DNA of 64,000 nucleotides from Octopus sinensis. Taxonomy: Eukaryota. This document shows positions 51,075-61,742 of the stretch, piece by piece. The stretch is taken from contig NC_042997.1 in NCBI RefSeq assembly GCF_006345805.1, forward strand, positions 25,234,001 to 25,298,000, read 5' to 3'. The notes under the pieces were generated by a model that had not been told where the DNA came from, did not search any database, and saw only the letters and a program-made list of their open reading frames with translations. Position numbers and translations under genes: made by a program. Position 1 is the stretch's first letter; the number at the start of each line of letters is the position of its first letter.

Positions 51075-51750
51075 ATGTACTAGAAGTCCATTTAATTCAA
51101 GGAACCAGATTAAATGCTCATCAGCTCTGATTTACAACGCATTAAGTCCCCAGACGAAACTGTTGATGTACTGACAATTCTACAACTAAATTTTATCAAT
51201 CTCCTGACCACCATGCTTGGTCCATAACCTCTATACATCCCTTATCTTTACATTCTTTTACACTTTTATCATGTTTTTAACAGGTTTTTTTACTTTTATT
51301 TCTATTTCTATTTTTACTTTATATTTCTTTATACCCCCTTTACATCTACTTACAACCCTTTATCCTCTACATTTTTATATTATTCTATACTTACACTTTT
51401 TATACATTTTTTATCCCTCGTCCCGACTCTCTCGCCCCTCCATCTTCACCTCTATATATGTATTTATTTATTTACATTACCTCAACATCCAATTTTCCTC
51501 ATTCTACATTGAGAGAAGAAAGAGATGGACGCTTCAACTCTATGCTGCTGCCGCATTATGTCGTACGTGAATGAGAGGATTTGCATCCCCAACCAAGAAT
51601 TTTTGATGTAACACATGTCCTTGTGGAAGCTGTTGTGCGCGGCTGAAGAAGGCCACATACATACATTATGCATTGTTATAAATCTGTCTAATAAAGGCCC
51701 GAAACATATGTACCGCTGAATCCTTCGCATCATGTTTTTATTTTATTTTG
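51075..51750 (+). mobile_element. Possible PLE 3' remnant: weak GIY-YIG-like piece, G-poor low-complexity tract and hammerhead
   Basis: Frameshifted GTRLNAH/SSDLQRIK resembles the GIY-YIG R...EH.SD helix; the hammerhead lies downstream and the element ends in (TA)n. Confidence 0.35.
51639..51716 (+). ncRNA. Type I hammerhead ribozyme motif with canonical core
   Basis: Stem I GCGG (51639-42) / CCGC (51713-16); CTGAAGA (51643-49); stem II GGCC...GGCC with a long loop; GAAA (51701-04); palindromic stem III ACATATGT; GUA triplet, with predicted cleavage after 51712. Confidence 0.75.
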
Positions 51751-51757
51751 ATCAATT

Positions 51758-51792
<35 letters not shown>

Positions 51793-51892
51793 TTATATGT
51801 ATATATATATACATATATGTATGTATACACGCACACACAAATACATATACACACATATGTATATGTGTGTATATATAGGTATATGCGTATCG

Positions 51893-51931
<39 letters not shown>

Positions 51932-51942
51932 GATGTATATAT

Positions 51943-52139
51943 AGTTAATCCAAACATGAAAACACAACAACGCGAGGACGTGGGACAAGTATAGTGTTAT
52001 TGGACGCCCAGGAAAGGAAAGAAAGAAGGAGGATATAACGTTTCGAGCGGAGCTCTTCGTCAGAAACATAGGAAAAGGAAAGATCCAAGGAAGGGAATAC
52101 GGAGGAAAGAAAATCGCCAACGATACACACGTGGTCACG
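51943..52139 (-). mobile_element. ~200-bp PLE-like terminal fragment in (TA)n containing a minimal hammerhead (52033-52068)
   Basis: Minus strand gttt-CTGACGA-a-GAGC-tcc-GCTC-GAAACGTT-atat, with palindromic AACGTT; stem I is only partly paired in this copy. Confidence 0.65.
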
Positions 52140-52164
52140 TATATACGTATATATATATATATAT

Positions 52165-52620
52165 ATTATAAAATCCGTTATGTCTGTCTGTGTGTATGTC
52201 TTCTAGAATCTCGGGCATCCTCCGATTGCGCTCAAATTTGATATGTAGATGCCGACGGTATTAGGGCATGTATAAGTCTTGAAAAAATTGCAAAAATCGA
52301 TACCAGGTGAGAATGCGATCGATAAAGCCGTGGGAACGTGCATTTGTACGCGCAAGTACATCAGCTGTTGCGATTGATACTATGCGTATGCGAGAAAAAT
52401 GCACGTGCAGTTTACGTAAAAAAAAAAGCGGCTGGCTTGAAATAATGCCACAAAATGCAGTATATTTAAAACACCAAAAAAGTAAGATGCAAAAGAGATA
52501 TTTCCTTCAAACTTGAAGGAAGGAAAGACTATTTGCCTTCTCAAGTAGTTTTTTTCCCTTAACTTCGTTTAACAAAACCCCAAAAATTATTGAAATAAAG
52601 GCATGCTTAATTATTTTTTA
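52165..52620 (+). mobile_element. Probable Helitron-like non-autonomous element, 5' portion
   Basis: tattataaaatccgttatgtctgtctgtgtg...ccgattgcgctcaaatttgatatg resembles Helitron 5' ends. No 3' hairpin-CTAG was found. Confidence 0.4.
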
Positions 52621-52704
52621 ATGAAAAGTAAACACTGGTTGCTTTTTATTCAACAGATATGATTCAACACCGTCCATTGGGTGGGGGTGGGGGTGGCGTT
52701 TTGC

Positions 52705-52812
<108 letters not shown>

Positions 52813-52966
52813 GTGTGTATATATATATAGATATATATATATATATATTATATATATATATATGTATATATATATAATATATGTATATATATATATAAAT
52901 ACATGTATATATATATGTATATATATACATATATATATATATATATAATATATATATATATATATG

Positions 52967-53014
<48 letters not shown>

Positions 53015-53291
53015 ATATATATATGTATATATATACATATATATATATATATATGTACACACGCACACAATACATATACTGGTACAAAGAAAAAACATCT
53101 CTCTGTAGTTCCTTCACTGATGCCATAATCACCTGAAGAAATGAATGAAGTATGATGATCAACCGGATGGCTACCGATACTACAGAACACACTGTGATCA
53201 TCCCAGCAATACAGACTATGATCTTAAAAGTAATGTAAATTGTAGAAACGCGGGTAGTGATGCATTAAATGTTTATAAATTCCATCCTAGG

Positions 53292-53336
<45 letters not shown>

Positions 53337-53356
53337 GTTGTTGTTGTTGTTGTTAT

Positions 53357-54620
53357 TTTTTTCCTTCTTTCTTCAAATTTCGTTCCATTTCTCGCCGAGT
53401 GTTTTCCGCACACCTAGGACAGAGAAGCTCATTGTATGCATTCCCAGATTACACACGCAAATTCACAGGTAAAATATGTATTTAAAAAAAATTAAAAATA
53501 AATATATTCATGAATATATGTTGTTTTCACAGTAATAATGCTCTTCTCAGTACATGAGTCGTTCCAGTTAACACGATTGTTTGCATTTCCTGTAGGGATA
53601 GTAAGCCTGGTATCATTTTCAAATAGGTTTCAGTACCTTTTTTTATCATTCCTAGAGATCCTACATTCACTGGTACTGTAGTCACCTTGAGATGCCACAT
53701 TTTTTCAGTTTCTATTAGCAAGTCTTTATATTTACTGATCTTGTCAAATTCTTTCGCCACTATATTGTGATCGCAAGGAATATTCATGTCAATTAATAAA
53801 CACACCTTTTTTGTCTGATCTTTTATAATAATATCCGGTTTATTAGCTTTTATAGTTTTGTCGGTATGTAAGGGGAAGTCCCATAGAATCGACACATTTT
53901 CTCCCTCAGTCACAACTTTAGGATGGAGTTTCTACCATTTGTCAGCGGTTTTGATTTTATAATGCCGACATATTGTCCAGTGTAAATACTGGCCGACTTT
54001 GTCATGTCTTGCTTTATATTCTACAGATTAGGTGGTCTATTGTTTCAATTTCACTGTTACAGAATCGGCATTCAGGGCCAGCTCCATTTTTTATCACATT
54101 GGCTTGGTAGTTCCGATTTAATAAGCTTTGGTCTTGAGCAGCTAATATGAAACCTTCACTCTATGCTTTTAGCCCTGAGCTTCGTAACCATTAGTGCGTG
54201 TGTTTCAGGTCCACTTCAGCCTGTTTGCTACGGGTCACATACTTGCCATACAGAGGTTTTTGTTCCCAACTGCTAGCTAATTTTTCATGTGCTCTTGTCT
54301 TTGCAATTAATTTTTTTCTTTGCAGCTGCAGTGCACGCATTTCCTTCAACCTGATTAATCTGGTAGGTATCTAAGAGATCAGTAGCGAATTTTTTGCTTT
54401 CTTTCAGAATAGAATATAAGTTTTCGGCCTTTCATGTTTTAGCATCCAATCGTTGGTTGTTTCAAGGTATTTGGCCAGTCCGATTGTGGTGGTTTTGTAC
54501 TTAAGTTCAATCTGGATCAAGCCACGGCCTCCCTGAGCTCTGTGAAGGTAAAGAAGATCCACGTTTGCTTTTGGATGGTGCATCTTATTACAAGTCAGTA
54601 GCTTGCTGATTTTTTCTATA
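53357..54620 (-). pseudogene. 5'-truncated R4/Dong-type LINE (subfamily 2): post-RT region, CCHC finger and RLE endonuclease
   Basis: MHHPKANVDLLYLHRAQGGRGLIQIE, WLRSSGLK, CRFC...ETIDH, RHDKVG, ILWDF, ANKPDIII, IDMNIP, KISKYKDL. Flanked by (TAA/CAA)n on both sides. Confidence 0.9.
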
Positions 54621-54915
54621 AATTATTATTATCCTTATCATTATTATTATCATTATTATTATTATTAAAAAAATACAGTGTACAGCGATATAAAACACCA
54701 GATTCGCCAATCTAGACGCACATTTTGAGAGCAAACGAAGAATGTGTACCACTGTAAACCACACTGATACCTAAAGACAACGATAAAGCATCAGCTATAC
54801 GAAGAAACCGTTACCACTCGTCTATCTTGTATGCCCATTGACTAACACGATGGCCAGGCAAAATATGGAAGCTTGTTGGTGCTGATTATACTTTTTACTC
54901 TTTTCCTAGTTTCAG

Positions 54916-55758
54916 CCATGCAACTGCGGTCGTATTTACTGTATAATACAGGATATAGCATTTTATGCATTGCAACACTGAGGTATGTTCATATTCTTTT
55001 ATTTATTTTTATTTCCTTTAAAATAATTAATAGTTGTGAACACTTGGAAACCATGGATTATTTCTAAAATGTTAAACAAGCTTCATGCTAATTGATATCA
55101 ATTGTCAGCTAAAGATGCTCATAACTCCTGCATCATTGCATCACATTAAAATCTATTCTCACTGCTTATTGTAATTCATTTCATTTAACATTTTTTCTGT
55201 TTTTTGCAGATTAAATTTATTTTCCATTTGCATTAAACTTTCTAAATACATCTTTTCATATTTAAAACAGTGTTAAAATCTCAACCGAAGGCCAATGGCC
55301 TAAGGATTTAAGCTTTTATATGTGTTGTCAAATAACATTGAAAATTATTCATGTTTGTGCCTCTCTTAAATATTGATTCACAAATACAAAATGATGATAT
55401 TTTCTTCGGGGAATCGTCATTATTCATAGGGTGTCTTAATACTCTATGAAAGAAATATTTAGTTAATTTGTTTTCCCATAATTACTGATTTTTAACCAGT
55501 AATGCTTCCCCTTCTTTTTTTCTTTTTAAAGGAAGACAACTCCAACAACAGCTCATTTATATCTTGGCCGAATGCTATTGCCTTTAGGTGTGAAATGAAT
55601 CTGAATTTTGTTAAATTAATTTTTTTTCTGCTTTTATTTGAATTCTTTATGATATTCTAAATTTATTTTATTCCGATTGTCTCACAGATTTCAATAGGGA
55701 ATATTGTTCCAGGATCTCTTCCTCAACGATAAGACGCCTAAAGAAAACTACTGGTTGA
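54916..55758 (+). other. Candidate 3-exon spliced transcript (54916-54982, 55532-55587, 55688 onward) giving a 63-aa ORF of unknown identity
   Basis: Polypyrimidine-AG acceptors and donors gag|gtatgt and tag|gtgtga; phases join in frame. No recognisable homology. Confidence 0.28.
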
Positions 55759-56148
55759 TGAATATAATACTAGTTTGCCTTGTATTTTCTCTTGTTCCCT
55801 TTTTTCTCTCCCTCTGTCAAATAATGTGCTCAGTGTTCAGCTAAAATATTGCCTGCAAACATATTCTTTTTTCTTTCGAAACTAATTTTATTAAATAGTT
55901 CCTCGTTGGGTGATACTTGTTGAAAGATGGTGTTCTGATTCAAGTTAAGTTATATTTCTTTAATCCTTTAATCATTTCTGTCTCTGAACTGCGAAACCAC
56001 CTTGAAGGGTTTAGTTGGAATAATCGACCTTAGTATTTATTTTAAGCTAGGTACATATTTTTGATAGACCTATAAATTACGGACCCGTAAAATAACCAAA
56101 CCGGTTCAATGTGTGGTGGAGACAAAAAGAAACAGAAAGACACACACA

Positions 56149-56560
56149 AGGCGTCGAGCTAGCAGAAACATTAGCACGCCGGAGGAACTGCTTATCGGAA
56201 TTTCGTCTACTGTTACGTTTCGAGTTCAAATTCCGCCGAGGTCGACTTTGCCTTCCATCCTTCCGGGGTCGATAAATTAACTACCAGTTACGCACTGGGA
56301 TCGATCTAATCGACTTAATCCCTTTGTCTGTCCTTGTTTGTCCCCTCTATGTTTAGCCCCCTTGTGGGCAATAAAGAAATAAGAAAGACACACGCGCATA
56401 CAAACATATATACATGCAGTTACTCTCTACCAAATCCACTCACGAGGTCTTGGTCAGCTCGGGGGCTGTAGGAAAAGACAATTGCTACAAGTATCAAGCA
56501 ATGGGACTGAACTTGGAATAAGGTGGTTGGATAGCAAACTCCGTACGTCACAGCCACTGA
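56149..56560. mobile_element. SINE A (+, 56149-56382) and decayed SINE B head (-, about 56425-56560)
   Basis: Family cores are recognisable. Confidence 0.85.
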
Positions 56561-57057
56561 GATTTTTGAATTAAAATTTAATCTTTTATTCCTTTAAAGT
56601 TACAGTTCTTGAATTGCTGCTATATTGTCCCTCCAATTTGAGGTCTTCAATCAATTAAATCAACCTCAAGATTAATTTTCAAATCTACTACAAACTGCAA
56701 TGTCAGGAAAACTAAAAAAGATAGTATCTGTTGTCCATCGGTAGGAGACAAGCATTGCATTTCTTTCCTTTTATAATAAATTCGTACAGGAATTTCAGCG
56801 TTTATGAACATTTTGTAGGGTCTTCGAAACTGGTTGAAGAAAGAGATATTGATATCAATATCAACAGACTAGTTATGTAATACCGTTGCACGCCACAGGT
56901 TCTGTTTTTCTGCAAGTATTTCGGGGACTGGTGGCAGTGATGATATTTCGGATAACAGAATAGGCTGTGACCTTTCATAAGTCAGTGCTACCCTAGCAAG
57001 AGTGACCCTAAATCATTGACAATTACTCTCTATATTTCCGCCCCATATATATATATA

Positions 57058-57129
<72 letters not shown>

Positions 57130-57307
57130 GATATATATATATATTATTTTGATTTGAAAACCCCACTAAAATGGGAGAAAGCGTTAATGATCTGAATGAT
57201 ATGATATACGTATGTAAAATATGTAATATATAAATAAATAACTGTAAATATGAACCATCCGATATCTTCTGATTACCTCATTTCTTCTAATATATATATA
57301 TATTATA

Positions 57308-57465
57308 TTGTTGTTGTGCTCCCCTTCGGTCATGAATAACCATGAGATTGCACCTAGAAAGTTACCCTCCGAGGTACAAGTCTGGGCAAGGTTGTTTATG
57401 GAAGACTAGCAGAATCCCATGCATACCAGCCTCCCGATACAGCTTGGCACCAGTGATATCGCAGT
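57308..57465 (-). mobile_element. Retroposon tail fragment (T5)
   Basis: gattgcacctagaaagttaccctccgagg...gatacagcttggcaccagtg resembles a recalled RTE-related SINE tail. There is no second copy in the window. Confidence 0.5.
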
Positions 57466-57474
57466 TTATTTATT

Positions 57475-57783
57475 TACGTGGAAGTGGCCGAACATTTCAC
57501 AGACACGTGTACCCTTAACGTAGTTCTCGGGGAGATTCAGCGTGACACAGAGTGTGACAAGGCTGGCCCTTTGAAATACAGGTACAACAGAAACAGGAAG
57601 AAAGGGTGAGAGAAATTTGTGGTGAAAGAGTACAACAGAGTTGAGTACCACCCCCTGCCGGAGCTTCGTGAAGCTTTAGATGTTTTTGCCCAATAAACAC
57701 TCACAATGCTCGGTCTTGGGAATCGAAACCGAGAACCTACGACCGCGAGTCCGCTGCCCAAACGACTAGGCCATTGCACTCCA

Positions 57784-57784
<1 letters not shown>
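57475..57784 (-). mobile_element. Older H1 + T1 SINE, tail truncated
   Basis: Collinear with 4914-5304 but more substituted. Confidence 0.88.
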
Positions 57785-57839
<55 letters not shown>

Positions 57840-57934
57840 CACACACACACACATACATATATATATATACATATACAGGGAGAGAGAGACAGACAGAGGA
57901 GAGAAAGATACATACATATCTATAAATACTGGCA

Positions 57935-58636
57935 CTAAGTCGATAACGACGATGAGGGTTCCAGTTGATACGATCAACGGAACAGCCTGATCGTGAAATT
58001 AATGTGCAAGTGACTCTGCATCCCACAGACATGCGTTTCATTAAACTCGCTCGAGCGAGGATCTGCAGGATATGAGAATATGAAAATGCTAGCCCTTTAG
58101 AATACAGGTACAATTCATTTTTGCCTAGAGCAACGTGCAATAAAGTGTCTTGCTCAAGAGATGTCGTACCACCAAAAATCGAACTCACAAGCTTACACTC
58201 GTGAACCGAATCACCCCAACCATTGATGAAGCACTCCGTCGGTTACGACGACGAGGGTTCCGGTTGATCCGATCAACAGAACAGCCTGCTCGTGAAATTA
58301 ACGTGTAAGTGGCTGAGCACTCCACAGACACGTGTACCATTAACGTAGTTCTCGGGGATATTCAGCGTGACACAGAGAGTGACAAGGCCGGCCCTTTGAA
58401 ATACAGGTACAACAGAAACAGGAAGTAAGAGTGAGAGAAAGTTGTGGTGAAAGAGTACAGCAGGGATCACCACCATCCCCTGCCGGAGCATCGTGGAGCT
58501 TTAGGTGTTTTCGCTCAATAAACACTCACAACACCCGGTCTGGGAATCGAAACCGCGATCCTACGACCGCGAGTCCGCTGCCCTAACCACTGGGCCATTG
58601 CGCCCCACCCCCAACCATTACCCACGCGTATTCACA
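57935..58636 (-). mobile_element. Old H2 + T1 SINE interrupted in its tRNA head by a young H1 + T1 SINE (58225-58608)
   Basis: TSD ccccaaccatt at 58214-58224 and 58609-58619; the H2 head resumes after the insertion (acccacgcgtattcac). Confidence 0.85.
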
Positions 58637-59293
58637 CACGCACACATAAACATATCAGTATATAGCTGTAATTAACTGACATATTTAATTACCAAAAAAT
58701 CTCATTTAGCTGGTTCTGACACTTAGGTTGTTATACCTCAGATTTTTTGGCCCGTTCTAGCTGTACAATATTTACTGAATATATGTTTAAATCGATATAA
58801 AACTTTGAATGTGCCTTTGATAAATAAAATAGAGAGTTTACTTCTTGAATTAGCATGTAAAACCGCTGAAACATTCTACAAATAGCTGTATCGATAGAAC
58901 AAAGAGTGACCTATGAGAGGGTGAAAAGGCTCATCAACAAATATTGCATCAAGAATAGAAATGCATACATGCTTAAGATGCCTCGCACTGGGATCCAAGC
59001 GTATATCTAAAAGTTGCAAAGCGAACTTCTCAATAACTCGACTATGCCTGCTTCTTGTATCGAATATATAAACTGAGGTAAATAGTCCTACTATGGTTTG
59101 TCTCTGCTAGTGTACCTGTTGCGTTATATTCTACTATACAAATGTAGCCTTGTTTACATTATTCTTCGTGTCCACCTGTTACTACTTCTTTAATCATATC
59201 CGTTAGATTTATATTTTTATGTTATAGTAAACTGCACATAATGACTTGCATACACATTGATTTGTCTTTCTTTTCCCTTTTCGTCTCTCTCAC

Positions 59294-59348
<55 letters not shown>

Positions 59349-59378
59349 ATTAATATTATTATTATTATTATTATTATT

Positions 59379-59691
59379 CAGTAGTTTTATTTTTTTTTTA
59401 TAGCGTGCTTTCACTTCACTACCGAGCGCAGCTCTGTGTGCCTTGGGTATGTGCTGTGATTTGTTGTGATGCTCTGATGGTTATTGTATGGAAGTGTTCT
59501 GCGTAGGATGTGTGCAGCAGTGCTAGTAGTGCAATTTTCTGTATGTTATATGTGTTTGTAAGTCCTGGTATTTTTGTTATGTATTTGTCTGAATATTTTT
59601 TTATCATGCCTAATGCACCTACTATGATAGGAATTGTTTCTGTTTTCAGATTCCACATTCTAGTTACCTCTATTCCAGGTCTTTGTATTTT
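59379..59691 (-). pseudogene. 313-bp 3' fragment of Dong subfamily 1 between (TAA)n tracts
   Basis: WNLKTETIPIIVGALGMIKKYSDKY plus a 3' UTR nearly identical to 61740-62045. Confidence 0.92.
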
Positions 59692-59707
59692 TATTATTAT
59701 TATTATT

Positions 59708-60258
59708 GAGTGAGAGAGCAGTCATGCCATCAAAGTGACACTGGGGTAAAATATACGAAACCAATATACCCATCATGACTACCCGTCTGATAAGGTACAC
59801 CAGGCACATGCATCACAACCATATGTGCGCGACATGGTGATCTCATATCAAGTAAACAGCACATGACCTTGCAGGTGGGGCCCAGTTAGAATTTTTCAGG
59901 TTGAGTAGCCCATCCCGCTCAAACGGTCCCTGAATAAGAGTTGTTTAAGGATGTTGAAAGAACCACCCATGTTTCCAGAGGTGAACTATTCAAACCCAAG
60001 AATCCCTCTCAACACATGGCTATGATGCTACCCCACTACTTCTGCTCGTGATCAGAGATGCACATATCGTCAGCCACTAAGGGACATGCTCAACTGGTTA
60101 AGGTCAAACAACTGACAAGCAAATCTGTGGTATTGAGCAGAATATTTGCTGTAGCCCATCTTTTATACCAAGACAAAACAATGTACATGATAACACTTCC
60201 AATCAGTTAAGATCAGAAGCCATGAGAGCCACTGCCTGGTACTGCATCAGGGCATTTA

Positions 60259-60314
<56 letters not shown>

Positions 60315-60328
60315 TATTTATTATATTA

Positions 60329-60361
<33 letters not shown>

Positions 60362-60915
60362 GAGTGAGAGAGCAGTTCATGCCATCAAAGTGACACGGGT
60401 GTAAAATATACGAAGCCCAATATACCCATCATGACTACCCGTCTGATAAGGGTACACCAGGCACATGCATCACAACCATATGTGCGCGACATGGTGATCT
60501 CATATCAAGATAAACAGCACATGACCTTGCAGGTGGGGCTCAGTTAGAATTTTCTTCAGGTTGAGTAGCCCATCCCACTCGAAAGGTCCCTGAATAAGGG
60601 TTGTTTAATGATGTTGAAAGAACCACCCATGTTTCCAGAGGTGAATTATTCAAACCTCAAAGAATCCCTCTCAACACATGGCTATGATGCTCCCCCACTA
60701 CTTCTGCTCGTGATCAGAAATGCACATATCGTCAGCCACTAAGGGACATGCTCAACTGGTTAAAGTCAAACAACTGACAAGCAAATCTGTGGTATTGAGC
60801 AGAATATTTGCTGTAGCCCATCTTTTATACCAAGACAAAACAATGTACATGATAACACTTCCAATCAGTTAAGATCAGAAGCCATGAGAGCCATTGCCTG
60901 GTACTGCATCAGGGC

Positions 60916-60948
<33 letters not shown>

Positions 60949-61416
60949 GATTGAGTCAGAGAGCAGTGCATGCCATCAAAGTGACATTGGGGTAAAATAT
61001 ACGAAGCCAAGTATACCTATCGTGACTACCCGTCTGATAAGGGTACACTAGGCACATGCATCACAACCATATGTGCGCGACATGGTGATCTCATATCAAG
61101 ATAAACGGGCACATGACCTTGCAGGTGGGGCCCAGTTAGAATTTTCTTCTGGTCGAGTAACCCACCCCGCTCAAAAGGTCCCTGAATAAAGATTGTTTAA
61201 GTATGTTGAACGAACCACTCATGTTTCCAAAGGTGAATTATCCAAACTTCTAAGAATTATTTCAACACACAGCTATGATGCTGCCCAACTACTTCTGCTC
61301 GTGATCAGAGATGCAAATATCGTCAGCCATTAAGGGACATTCTCAACTGGTTATGGTCAAGCAACCGACAAGCAAATCTGTGGTATTGAGCAGAATATTT
61401 GCTGAAGCCCATCTTT
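59708..61416 (-). mobile_element. Three tandem copies of element D (59708-60258, 60362-60920, 60953-61416) separated by (TAA)n
   Basis: All share the end ...ctctct(c/g)actc(aat)n. Two start at taaatgccctgatgcagtacc and the third is 5'-truncated. The copies carry scattered differences and no long ORF. Confidence 0.9.
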
Positions 61417-61428
61417 ATTATCATTATC

Positions 61429-61460
<32 letters not shown>

Positions 61461-61466
61461 TATTGC

Positions 61467-61517
<51 letters not shown>

Positions 61518-61526
61518 CTATTATTA

Positions 61527-61630
61527 CTTTTTTTCTTCTTTCAAATTTGCTTCCATTTCTTGCCGAGTGTCTTCCCGACTCCTAGGTCAAAGAAACTCAT
61601 AGTATACATTGGTAGGCCATTAAACTAAAC
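61527..61630 (-). mobile_element. 3' tip of a Dong subfamily-2-like element
   Basis: ttctttcaaatttgcttccatttcttgccgagtgt...cctagg aligns with 53365-53420. Confidence 0.75.
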
Positions 61631-61672
61631 TTAATAGTTCGTTCATTTTATTATTATTATTATTATTATTAA

Positions 61673-61739
<67 letters not shown>

Positions 61740-61742
<3 letters not shown>

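Noticed and set aside
53060-53290. Possible exon or ORF ([13 protein letters not shown]... or minus-strand [10 protein letters not shown]...)
   Set aside because: No convincing donor site or recognisable homology; bounded by microsatellites.
60060-60085. CTGACGA on the sense strand of element D
   Set aside because: No closing stem II with GAAA could be built.
59708-61416. CRISPR-like array or LTR pair
   Set aside because: The units are ~550-bp diverged interspersed repeats separated by microsatellite in a eukaryotic context; there are no unique spacers, no TG...CA ends and no primer-binding site.
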